In this document: positions 28,484 to 37,468 of the stretch, one piece after another | Position numbering within the stretch: position 1 is the first letter of the stretch | Layout: every line of letters begins with the position of its first letter | Origin: an uncultured delta proteobacterium | GTDB taxonomy: Bacteria; Myxococcota_A; Polyangia; Polyangiales; Polyangiaceae | Reading direction: 5' to 3' | NCBI GenBank assembly: GCA_963716725.1 | Contig: CAVQUB010000005.1 | Location: 608,001 to 672,000 of the forward strand | DNA length: 64,000 bases | Notes under the pieces: model-generated | Seen by the model: the letters and a program-made list of their open reading frames with translations, nothing else | Database searches by the model: none | Told to the model about the DNA's origin: nothing | Program-made: the position numbers and the translations under genes

Positions 28484-30478
28484 GTGCGAAGCTATCTGTT
28501 GCTAGCCGTGGCGCTGGCGGGGTGTCGCGACAAATCCCCGCCAACACCGGCTCCGGCGGCGTCTGCGGCGGCGCCCGCAGTGTCCGCTCTCGCCCCCGAC
28601 ACGGTCTCGGCCGCCACCGAAGTCGCCTACGACGCCGGCCCGAGCGGGCTGGGCGGCGAGCAGGTCGACGGAGCGGCCCTCCGCAAGCGCCACGTCGAGC
28701 GACTGAAGCAAGACAAGAGCGCTGTGACGGTGCTCAGGGGCAAGACCCCGCGCGAGTTGGGTGAGGCGATCTGCGAGCGCGTGATGCCGCGCCGGCCCAA
28801 GGCCACGCCCATCTTGCTCAAGCCCAACCTGTGCGGCTTCGACGGAATCGTGGACCCCGCGAAGCGCAAAGGTGACGACGGCATGGTCGGTCGCACCACC
28901 GACGTCGATTTCACGCGTGGCGTGGTGCGCTGCTTGAAGAAGCGCGGGCACACCGCCATCACCATCGCGGAAGGCTGTGGCATCTCCCACGAACATTGGA
29001 AGCGCGTCGCTGCGTTGACCGGCTACGAGAGCATGGCCAAGGAAGAAGGCGTCAAGCTCGTAGCGATGGACGACGATGGCGTCTACGACGTCCAGGGCGA
29101 TCGCCCCGGGCTGCCGCTTCGGATCAAAGGCATCGCGAACTCGCGGGTGCCGACCCTGCTGATGCCCAAGATCCTGGCCGAACACCTGGACCACGGCCTC
29201 TTCGTGTCGCTGCCGAAGGTCAAGGCTCATCGCTTCTCGGTCACGTCGATGGCCATCAAGGGCATGCAGGGCACGGTCATGCTCAGCGACGCGCTGCCCG
29301 CCTACAGGCAGAAGTTCCGTACCCACCGCGAGCTCAACGAGCAGATCAAGGCCAAGAAGGCAGCGAAGGCTGCCGACGCAGCGCCGCCGGACCCCGCCGA
29401 GGCGCGGCGGGCGCACGTCGCCGCGCTCTTGGCGTTTGCAGAGCGCATGGCCGACGTGCTGGAGATCTCCACTCCCGACGTGGTGCTGGCCGAAGCGGCG
29501 CCGGCCATGGGCGGCGACGGGTTCTGGCAGCTCTACCCAAGCGAAGAGCTGGTCGCCATCGGAGGAACGAACCCCGTCAGCGTCGATGGCGTGGGCGCCG
29601 AATTGTTGGGGCTTTGGGACAACGCGCGGCTCGCCAATGAGCTGGGTGGCCACCGGACCTCGCCGCTGATCACCGTCGCTGCCAAGCGCTACGGGCTCGA
29701 TCTGAAGACCGTGCCCATCGAGGGCGACGCCGCGGGCCTCTTGGAAGCGCCGCGACCGTTCCACTTCCGATCCATGGCCGGGTTCGAGCTGCACTCGTCG
29801 CCCGAGGCGCCGTGGTCACCCGTAGCGCGGAGCGCGCCGCCGCCGGTTGTCGTCGCGGCCCGCGAGCTGCACGCCGCCTCGGTTGAAAGCGATTCCGTGG
29901 TCATCGACGGCAAGGCCGATGACGCGGTCTGGGCCCGCGCGCGAGCCGTCAATTGGGATACGGATTGGTCCGGGGCCCCGACTGGAATCACGACGCGCGC
30001 GCGCTTCGCGTGGTCGAAGGCCGGGCTCTACGCGCTCTTCGAGCTGGAAGGCGCGGGGCTCCACGTGGACCGCGCGCGGCCGGTGGACCAGGAACGCGAC
30101 AAGCTCTATCAAGAGGACTGCGTCGAGATATTCTTGGGCCACGACGCGGCCAACCCGAAGCACTACGCCGAGATCGAGATCGGGCCCTTCGGGCACTGGT
30201 TCGACCTGGATGTTCGTCCCGGCGCGAGTGACGTTGGCTGGTCGAGCGGGCTCGTGATCGGCACCACGCGCGACGCGAGCGCGCGACGCGTCACCATCGA
30301 GGCCAAGATCACCGCCAAGGAGATGGTTGCGTTGCTGCGCCCGGGCGCGCGCATTCCGCTGGGCCTCTACCGCATGGAGGGCGCCGCCCCACGCAAGTAC
30401 CTGGCGTGGAGCCCCACCCTGACGCGAAAGCCCAACTTCCACGTGCCGGATCGCTTCGGCGTCCTGGTGGTGGACTGA
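28484..30478 (+). CDS. Lipoprotein with DUF362 domain fused to a CBM9/DOMON-like domain
   Basis: Lipobox LAGC; ILLKPNL, SLPKVKAH....S.AIK and GTNPVSVD (DUF362); IDGKADDAVW...LYQEDCVEIF...YAEIEIGPFG...PNFHVPDRFG (CBM9-like). Confidence 0.75.
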   Translation: MRSYLLLAVALAGCRDKSPPTPAPAASAAAPAVSALAPDTVSAATEVAYDAGPSGLGGEQVDGAALRKRHVERLKQDKSAVTVLRGKTPRELGEAICERVMPRRPKATPILLKPNLCGFDGIVDPAKRKGDDGMVGRTTDVDFTRGVVRCLKKRGHTAITIAEGCGISHEHWKRVAALTGYESMAKEEGVKLVAMDDDGVYDVQGDRPGLPLRIKGIANSRVPTLLMPKILAEHLDHGLFVSLPKVKAHRFSVTSMAIKGMQGTVMLSDALPAYRQKFRTHRELNEQIKAKKAAKAADAAPPDPAEARRAHVAALLAFAERMADVLEISTPDVVLAEAAPAMGGDGFWQLYPSEELVAIGGTNPVSVDGVGAELLGLWDNARLANELGGHRTSPLITVAAKRYGLDLKTVPIEGDAAGLLEAPRPFHFRSMAGFELHSSPEAPWSPVARSAPPPVVVAARELHAASVESDSVVIDGKADDAVWARARAVNWDTDWSGAPTGITTRARFAWSKAGLYALFELEGAGLHVDRARPVDQERDKLYQEDCVEIFLGHDAANPKHYAEIEIGPFGHWFDLDVRPGASDVGWSSGLVIGTTRDASARRVTIEAKITAKEMVALLRPGARIPLGLYRMEGAAPRKYLAWSPTLTRKPNFHVPDRFGVLVVD

Positions 30479-30487
30479 GCGTGGCCC

Positions 30488-32455
30488 CTAGTCGAAGGTA
30501 GTGCTCTGCGGCAGCGAGTCTTCGCGCTCTTGCTCTTCCACCGCGCGGTGACGCCAGAGCGCGAGGGCGACTGAGGGCGGTGTCAGCACGCCGATCACCG
30601 AGAAGACCACCGGTGAGAGGCCGGGTGAGGCGAGACAGTAGGCGGCGCCCCCGAGCATGAGCAGCGCCAGCGGAGCCAGCCAGGGCAGCAGTAACACCGA
30701 GCTCACGCCCGCAATGGCAGAGAACACCAGTAAGTCTTGGGTGAAAATTAGCGGAGCGGGCATGCGCATCCACACCCCGAAGGAGCGGCTCGCGAGCAAG
30801 AGCAGGGACGAGAGCACCATCAGCGCCGTCATGCGCCGGCTGAACTGGTTCGCGAACAGGCGCTTGCGCCAGAGCGCGGTGACCAGCAGCGTGGCGGTCA
30901 AGACCACGACGGCGAAGGCCAAGAGGCCTTCGGGCTTGATCTTGGCGGGGTTGGGCTGCGAGAGCGCAAAGGCCGAAAGCGCAACCGCAGCTCCCGTCAT
31001 GGCCGCCAGCCCCTTGGTCCGCTCACGCACGGCCACGCTGCTGTCCTGCTCGCGAGCGAGGGCACGCAGTCGCTGGTCCTCGGCGAGCGAGCGAGCCAGA
31101 TCTTTCCGAGCCAGGCGCAGGAACTCTTTCATCTCGGGTGGAGCGTCGCCGAGTTCGGCCAAGAGCGCTTCGGCGACCTGAACGTGCCCCTGCCGAAGCT
31201 CGAGATCGATGGCTCGCAGCACCGTCCGCGAGAGCCCGGACCGCGCCTGCGCGTTCTCGTTCCACTCCTTCAGCGCTTGCGCAAACCCGAAGCGGCACTC
31301 GCTCACCAATTGGTAGGCGCGCCGCAGATCCTCGGGCGGGGTGTCTGCTGCGCATTCGTCCAAGAGCGACTCCAAGCGGGCGAGCCGCTCGCTGGCCTCG
31401 TCCGCCAGGGTGATGGAACTCTTGTGTCGCAGGAAATCCGCGAGCGCATTGCGAAAATCGAGGGCGGTGGTGAGGCGCGCGGCGGGTGCGCGGGCGGTGG
31501 CGCGGTTGCACAGGGCCGCCAGCTCCTCCGGGACCTCGGCGCCGTAGCTCACGGGCTCCGAAAGGAACGCGGACATCAAGGCGTCCTGGAGCTTGTCGCC
31601 TTCGTGGCGGAAGCTGCCCGTCACCACGTGGTGCAAGGTGGCGCCCAGCAAGTACACGTCGGTCCAGGCGCCGATGCGACCGCCCGACACCAGCTCCGGA
31701 GGCATGTACGCGGGAGTGCCCACCAAGCCCGATCGCTCCACCATGCTCGGATCGTCGCTGCGCACGGCGATGCCCCAGTCCACCAGGTAGACCTCGCCGT
31801 AGGTGCCGAGCATCACGTTCTCGAGCTTGATGTCGCAATGAATCACGCCGTGGTCGTGGGCGAAGTGCACGGCTTGACAGACCTGCATCAGGATCTCGAG
31901 GTGGGACTCGAGCCGGTCTCCGGGTCGGGACTGCCAGGCAGCATGCCGAGGGTCGGCCAACAGCGCTCGCCACTCGACGCCTTCGACGCGCTTCATGACC
32001 AGCACGGGGGCACCGTTCTCGTCGAGGCCGAGAGCGTGGACGGGGACGATGTTCGGGTGCTCGAGGCGGCCGGTGATGATGGCCTCGCGCAACAGCGCAC
32101 CGGTCGGGCCGTCTCCCGCGCTCCGCGACTTCAGGGTCTTGAGGGCGACCTCGCGATCGAGGGACCGCTGCCGCGCGGCGTGCACGACGCCCATGCCGCC
32201 TTCGCCAATCACGCCGCGGACTTCGAGATCCGCGCGGGTGCGCGCGTCCGGATGCGAAGGCGGGACCGAGGCGAGGGCGAAGGACAGCGAGATGCGAGGC
32301 AGATCGCCTGGGTCTGGGCGGGTCCAGGCGCGCGTCGACGGCTCGCCTCCCGGACGTTGGGTGGCGTCCAGCGCCACGGCGACGGCGGTGTCGGCGATCC
32401 CGAGCTGGCTCACTCGTTCGCCGAAAGTCCGCAGCAACTCCGCTCGATCGTTCAC
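30488..32455 (-). CDS. Hanks-type Ser/Thr protein kinase with C-terminal multi-TM domain
   Basis: GEGGMGVV, VALK, HCDIKLENVM, DWG and GTPAYMPPE motifs, followed by ~5-6 TM helices. Confidence 0.9.
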   Translation of the reverse strand: MNDRAELLRTFGERVSQLGIADTAVAVALDATQRPGGEPSTRAWTRPDPGDLPRISLSFALASVPPSHPDARTRADLEVRGVIGEGGMGVVHAARQRSLDREVALKTLKSRSAGDGPTGALLREAIITGRLEHPNIVPVHALGLDENGAPVLVMKRVEGVEWRALLADPRHAAWQSRPGDRLESHLEILMQVCQAVHFAHDHGVIHCDIKLENVMLGTYGEVYLVDWGIAVRSDDPSMVERSGLVGTPAYMPPELVSGGRIGAWTDVYLLGATLHHVVTGSFRHEGDKLQDALMSAFLSEPVSYGAEVPEELAALCNRATARAPAARLTTALDFRNALADFLRHKSSITLADEASERLARLESLLDECAADTPPEDLRRAYQLVSECRFGFAQALKEWNENAQARSGLSRTVLRAIDLELRQGHVQVAEALLAELGDAPPEMKEFLRLARKDLARSLAEDQRLRALAREQDSSVAVRERTKGLAAMTGAAVALSAFALSQPNPAKIKPEGLLAFAVVVLTATLLVTALWRKRLFANQFSRRMTALMVLSSLLLLASRSFGVWMRMPAPLIFTQDLLVFSAIAGVSSVLLLPWLAPLALLMLGGAAYCLASPGLSPVVFSVIGVLTPPSVALALWRHRAVEEQEREDSLPQSTTFD

Positions 32456-32574
32456 GCGCCCGGCATCTTCGCATGCCAACCCCCGCGCGACCCTGCCAAC
32501 CACAGGTTGGCGATAGCCGGCCCTAACCCAGCGAAAATACGCGGACCGGCCCTGGTGCGGGACTTGCGAAGGCA

Positions 32575-34680
32575 ATGGGCGTGAACCTCCGCCTGGCCTC
32601 GGTCCTGCTGGTCTTCGCGCTCCTGCTCGGGGGCTGCGGTCCCTCGGCCGACCCGGCGCCCCGGGCGGCCCGCGCCGAGCTGACCGGTGACTCGCCCCTG
32701 ATCGCTCACTTCCGGGACGCCGAGCGCGCGCGCGGAGTGCCCGCCGAGTTGCTCGCGACCATCGCCTACGCCCAGACCCGCCTCAGCATGAACCTGAGCG
32801 CTGGCGAGGAGCACGCGTCGGACCACGATCACAACCCACGCGAGTGGGGCCTGATGGCCATTGGCACCGGTGGCCTGACTTCGCCCGATGCTGCCGCGCT
32901 TCTCGTGGGCACCGGCGTAGAGCGCGTGAAGACCGAGGCCCGCGTCAACATCCTGGCCGCGGCTGCCCTGCTCCGGACCTCGGGTCATGCCCGCGGAGTC
33001 GGCGCCGAAGACGACCTCGTGAGCTGGACGAGCGTCGTCGAGTCTTACGGTGGATTGGCGCTCGTGGAGCAGGTGCGTGCGCTCCTGGCGACCGGGTGGA
33101 AGGGACACGACGACAGCGGCTACGCAGTGGCGGTCAGTGGTATCGCGCTCGACGCCGACGAGCTGGGCAGCGTGCAACAAGCACTGGGCTTCCCCGGTGC
33201 GATTTGGAGCCCTGCCTACTCGGGCAACTACACCAACGCGTCACGCGGCGCCGCGCAGATCAACTACGTCATCATTCACACTACGCAGGGCAGCTACGCG
33301 GGCGCCATCTCGTGGTTCAAGAACTCGACGTCCAACGTGTCGGCGCACTACGTCATTCGCTCCAGCGACGGACAGGTCACCCAGATGGTCGACGACGCCG
33401 ACGTCGCGTGGCACGACGGTTGTTTCAACACCAACACCATCGGCATCGAGCACGAGGGTTACGTCGCCGATCCCGGCAAGTGGTACACCGAGGCCATGTA
33501 CAAGGCGTCGGCCAAGCTCACGGGCTGGCTCTGCGATCAGTACGGGATCCCCAAGGATCGCAAGCACATCATGGGTCACGGTGAGGCGCCGGACTGCTCG
33601 GACCACACCGATCCGGGCAGCGGTTGGAACTGGAATCACTACATGGATCTGGTCGTCAACGGCGCGTGCACGCCCAAGACCGAGGTCTGCAACGGCAAGG
33701 ACGACGACTGCGACGGCAAAGTGGATGAAGGCGACGCCTGCAACCAAGCGCCGACGGGGCACGTCGATGAAGTGAGCTGCGACGCCATTCGTGGCTGGGC
33801 CCAAGACCCTGACGCGAAGACCAAGGCCATCGACGTTCACCTCTACTTCGGCGGGCCGCCGGGCTCGGCCGCCCCGGGCGTCCCACTGACGGCCAACGTC
33901 AAACGTGACGACCTGTGCACGGCCCTCGGATCGTGCAATCACGCCTTCGACATCCTCCCGCCGCTCTCCCTCTTCGACGGCAAGGCGCACGCGGTTCACG
34001 CTTACGGCATCGACACCGCGGGCGGCACCAACGCGGCCCTGACCGGCAGCCCAAAGAACATCAATTGCACCGCGACCGTGCCCAAGGGTGTGCGGCGCCA
34101 TGTGGTGGATCCGACCAGCCTCGATGCCTGGAAGCTCGACCTGTTCTGGGACGCGCTGCCGCTGACCGACCAGCAGATCGCGACGCTCGACCCGGCGGAT
34201 GCCTGGCCCGAAGCGCCCCAGCTGGTGCAAGCCGACGACGGTTCCCCTGAGGTGTGGATCGTCGACGGCGAGTGGCGTCGTCACGTCCCGAGCCCCGAAG
34301 TGATGGGAACCTGGGCGCTCTCCTTCGACGCTGTGAAGAAGGTCCCCGCTGCCGAGGTGAAGGCGCTGCTTGAAGGACCCAAGCTCAGGTCGCGCCCCGT
34401 CCTGGTCAAAGACAGCACGGGCAAGGTCGAGATGATCGACGCCCCGATGCCCGCACCGGGAGCTGCTGTGTCCTTGCCCACGCCAGACGAGCAGGGCTGG
34501 GGTGGTGGCGGCGGTGTGGGCGGGAAACCCGGCGCGAAGCCTGGACCGAAGGCCGCGCACGACTCGGACGCCGACGACCTCGGGACCTCGTGCGCCGTCG
34601 GGCCGCGGCCGCGGTCGGGCGGCGCTTGGGCGCTCTTCGCCCTGCTGGGCGTCCCGCTGCTCCGTCGTCGTCGCGGCTGA
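32575..34680 (+). CDS. Multidomain N-acetylmuramoyl-L-alanine amidase (Amidase_2) with MYXO-CTERM-like tail
   Basis: IIHTTQGS, SAHYVI, AWH, IGIEHEG and HTDPG motifs; N-terminal lysozyme-like segment; CNGKDDDCDG repeat; C-terminal SCAVG...hydrophobic-RRRR. Confidence 0.88.
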   Translation: MGVNLRLASVLLVFALLLGGCGPSADPAPRAARAELTGDSPLIAHFRDAERARGVPAELLATIAYAQTRLSMNLSAGEEHASDHDHNPREWGLMAIGTGGLTSPDAAALLVGTGVERVKTEARVNILAAAALLRTSGHARGVGAEDDLVSWTSVVESYGGLALVEQVRALLATGWKGHDDSGYAVAVSGIALDADELGSVQQALGFPGAIWSPAYSGNYTNASRGAAQINYVIIHTTQGSYAGAISWFKNSTSNVSAHYVIRSSDGQVTQMVDDADVAWHDGCFNTNTIGIEHEGYVADPGKWYTEAMYKASAKLTGWLCDQYGIPKDRKHIMGHGEAPDCSDHTDPGSGWNWNHYMDLVVNGACTPKTEVCNGKDDDCDGKVDEGDACNQAPTGHVDEVSCDAIRGWAQDPDAKTKAIDVHLYFGGPPGSAAPGVPLTANVKRDDLCTALGSCNHAFDILPPLSLFDGKAHAVHAYGIDTAGGTNAALTGSPKNINCTATVPKGVRRHVVDPTSLDAWKLDLFWDALPLTDQQIATLDPADAWPEAPQLVQADDGSPEVWIVDGEWRRHVPSPEVMGTWALSFDAVKKVPAAEVKALLEGPKLRSRPVLVKDSTGKVEMIDAPMPAPGAAVSLPTPDEQGWGGGGGVGGKPGAKPGPKAAHDSDADDLGTSCAVGPRPRSGGAWALFALLGVPLLRRRRG

Positions 34681-34798
34681 ATTGACGCCCGCCGGCGAGT
34701 TCACTCTGGGCGCGTAGCGCCGCGTTCACGCTCGTCGCGCGCACCGGCACCATTTCTTGGACTTCCCGCACTGGTACGAAAGCTGCTCAGCTGGCGGA

Positions 34799-35596
34799 AT
34801 GATTCTCACGCGTGCTGGATGGGTCGTCGCCGTTCTCGTCGTCACCGGGCACGCGCAGGCACAGCCCGAGGCCGCGCCCCAGCCCGACGCGACCCCGCCG
34901 CCCCCGCCGGCACAACCGGGCTTCCATCCCTCGGCGCCGGCGACCGCGCCGCCCCCGCTCCCGCCGGAGGCGCCGCCGCCCGAATCGAGCCGCGCCACCC
35001 GCGAACCCGTCGAGCTGCACCTGCTGCTCGGCTTTGGCAGCGCGGTCTGCGACAACAAGAAGCCCGACAGCGACTGCCCCGTCGACGGAGGCGCAGCCTT
35101 TGCTCTCGGGGGCGGATGGCGCTTCCACGATCACTGGTCGGTGGGGCTCGAGCTCGCCGCCTGGAGCTTCAAGGTACGCGACTCGTGGAAGGGTCAGCTG
35201 CAAGACGACGCGACCGACGTGAAGTTCGGCTCGACCTACTTCGCCGCGTTCGCGCGTTGGTACTGGTTCGACCCCGGCACCATCAATCCGTACCTGCAAG
35301 CCGGGATCGGATTTGGCACGGTGACCGCCGAGGCATCGAACAAGAACGCGACCTACACCTACAGCGCGCCCGGCATCGTCTATCCGCTGGCCATCGGCGC
35401 CGAGTTTCAGGTCTCGAAGCTGTTCCGCATCGGCCCGCAGTTCGGCGCTTACCTGCACGTCGCCAACAAGGTCTGTCAGGACCCCGGCGGCAACGAGACC
35501 TGCACCAGCCCGGGCAAGAACGAAGACGGCGAGCGCGAGGGGCTGGCGCTTCCGTGGCGGCTCGTCGCGGTCGGCACCTTCACCTTCGGGAGCTGA
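34799..35596 (+). CDS. Outer-membrane beta-barrel protein
   Basis: Signal peptide, Pro-rich linker, alternating beta-strands (PYLQAGIGFG) and terminal TFTF. Confidence 0.7.
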   Translation: MILTRAGWVVAVLVVTGHAQAQPEAAPQPDATPPPPPAQPGFHPSAPATAPPPLPPEAPPPESSRATREPVELHLLLGFGSAVCDNKKPDSDCPVDGGAAFALGGGWRFHDHWSVGLELAAWSFKVRDSWKGQLQDDATDVKFGSTYFAAFARWYWFDPGTINPYLQAGIGFGTVTAEASNKNATYTYSAPGIVYPLAIGAEFQVSKLFRIGPQFGAYLHVANKVCQDPGGNETCTSPGKNEDGEREGLALPWRLVAVGTFTFGS

Positions 35597-35642
35597 GCCG
35601 GGGTAGCGCTTGCCGTCGCTCTTGGGGTAAGCGAAGAGCGGC

Positions 35643-36455
35643 ATGCGTCTAGCTCACCTCGGACCGGCGGGAACCTTCGGCGAGAGCGCCGCGTTTGCGT
35701 GGGCGCCCGACGCCGAGTACCTGCCGGTGTCGAGTCACGCTGGCGTCGTGGCGGCGGTGACCGAGGGCGCGGCGCACGCCGGGGTCCTGGCCATGGAGAA
35801 CAGCATCGAGGGCTCCGTGAGCGAGACGCTCGACCTCTTGATCCACGACACCGACCTCGCCATCACCGGCGAGGTCATCGTGCCCGTCGGGCATTGCCTG
35901 ATCACGCGGGCGGGCACACCTCGGGACGCGATCCAAGTGGTCTACTCGCACCCCCAGGCCCTCGCCCAATGCCGCAAGTACCTCGAGCGTGAGCTGCCCG
36001 CGGCGCGGGTCGAAGCCACGCTCTCCACCGTGGCTGGCGTTGAACGCGCGCTTGAGACGGACGCTGCCGCTGCCATTGGATCGTCGCGCGCGGCCCAGCG
36101 TTTTTCGGCAGAGGTCCTTGCGAGCGGCGTGCAGGATCGAGCAGGCAACGTCACGCGCTTCGTGATCGTCGCTGGGACCGACGCGGCGCCCAGCGGGTGC
36201 GACAAGACCAGCCTGGCCTTCAAGACCGCTCACGACCGGCCCGGCACGCTGGTCGACGTTTTGAGCGATTTGGCTTCGAGAGGGATCAACCTCAGCAAGA
36301 TCGAGTCGCGCCCCGCTCGCGATGCGCTGGGCATCTACGTGTTTCTGCTCGACTTCGAAGGGCACCGCGGCGACGCGGTCGTGGCCGAAGCCCTGGCGCA
36401 GGTGCGGCAGAAGACCAGCTGGCTCAAGGTCTTCGGCTCGTATCCTCGGGCCTGA
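35643..36455 (+). CDS. pheA: Prephenate dehydratase
   Basis: LGPAGTF, ENSIEGSV, SHPQALAQC, NVTRF and ACT-domain INLSKIESRP motifs. Confidence 0.95.
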   Translation: MRLAHLGPAGTFGESAAFAWAPDAEYLPVSSHAGVVAAVTEGAAHAGVLAMENSIEGSVSETLDLLIHDTDLAITGEVIVPVGHCLITRAGTPRDAIQVVYSHPQALAQCRKYLERELPAARVEATLSTVAGVERALETDAAAAIGSSRAAQRFSAEVLASGVQDRAGNVTRFVIVAGTDAAPSGCDKTSLAFKTAHDRPGTLVDVLSDLASRGINLSKIESRPARDALGIYVFLLDFEGHRGDAVVAEALAQVRQKTSWLKVFGSYPRA

Positions 36456-36471
36456 GTTCCCGCGACGCTTG

Positions 36472-37329
36472 TCAGCCGATCCGCAAGATCACCAGCGCGG
36501 TCGCCACGTAGGCCATGGCTTCGATGGCGCCCATGCCCACGTTCTTGTCGCGAGCGATCTCGGTGTCGAGGGTTCCCCCGCGGAGCGAAAACGATCCGAG
36601 CAGGATGGTCTGGACGATGAGTTGGCGAACCACGTAGAGGCCCGCGCCCCAGGAGAGCGCCTTGCCATACGCCAGCATCGAGTCACCCCAACCGGTGAAG
36701 GTGCCTTCGACGGCCTGGCCGACGATGACGGCGACGGCCACCGTGAGGCCAGCGTAGCTGAGCGCCGCCGCGACGTTGCCGTTCTGTATTTCAGCCGAGT
36801 CGTCGTACTTGGTGAGCATCCGGAACAAGAGCACCAAGATGTGGAGCGTGACCTGGGCGATCGCGAAGAACACCAGCGACAAGCCCAAGGTCTTGAGGTC
36901 GCTGCCGGCGACCGCCCGAGCCACGATGATGCCGGTGGCCAGGGAGTGCGCTCCGCCGGCGATGCCCGCGGCGATGTTGCCCGCCTCGATCTCAGCGTTC
37001 ATGCGCGACTTGAGCAGCAGGCGCACGCCCAAGCGCGAGGTCACGAGGTAGAGCACGAGGGCCGCGACGCCGAAGGCCGTCACCCAGAGGAGGTCGGCCT
37101 TCCAACTCTTCTCTTCCATGCTGCCCGTGGCGATGTTCGCCGCGATCAAGAAGATGCCGAACACGTCGCCGCCGTGCAGCATCGCGCGGGCCGCGTTGCC
37201 CTGTTCGAGATCCGCCTTGACTGTCTGTTTCGGGGACAGAATGCGGAGGCCGAGCTGGAACAGCAGCAGGAGCACGAGCGTCGCGCCGAGCGCGAACGCG
37301 AGGCGGTAGAGCGGGCTATCGGGTTGCAT
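36472..37329 (-). CDS. Membrane protein with tandem DUF350 domains
   Basis: Repeated (D/E)EI..GN.AA motifs (EIEAGNIAAG, EIQNGNVAAA, EIARDKNVGMG) between TM hairpins. Confidence 0.85.
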   Translation of the reverse strand: MQPDSPLYRLAFALGATLVLLLLFQLGLRILSPKQTVKADLEQGNAARAMLHGGDVFGIFLIAANIATGSMEEKSWKADLLWVTAFGVAALVLYLVTSRLGVRLLLKSRMNAEIEAGNIAAGIAGGAHSLATGIIVARAVAGSDLKTLGLSLVFFAIAQVTLHILVLLFRMLTKYDDSAEIQNGNVAAALSYAGLTVAVAVIVGQAVEGTFTGWGDSMLAYGKALSWGAGLYVVRQLIVQTILLGSFSLRGGTLDTEIARDKNVGMGAIEAMAYVATALVILRIG

Positions 37330-37359
37330 GGCGGGTCCGAGCCTATCACGGCCCCGGTG

Positions 37360-37434
37360 GCGCCCTTGACCCCGTTCGGCACGCGGACGATGCTGGCCGC
37401 GAGCCGTGCTGCCGTTTTCGGCTTCCGAGCTGCG
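37360..37434 (+). repeat. Direct repeat copy 1: promoter-like sequence plus the first codons of the Rieske gene
   Basis: gcgcccttgaccccgttcggcacgcggacgatgctgg...ccgtt.cggcttccgagctgcg matches 39398-39478 apart from 2 substitutions and a 6-nt indel. Confidence 0.9.
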
Positions 37435-37468
37435 AGCTGGTCGCCGCCATCACGGGCGGCTTGCTGGC

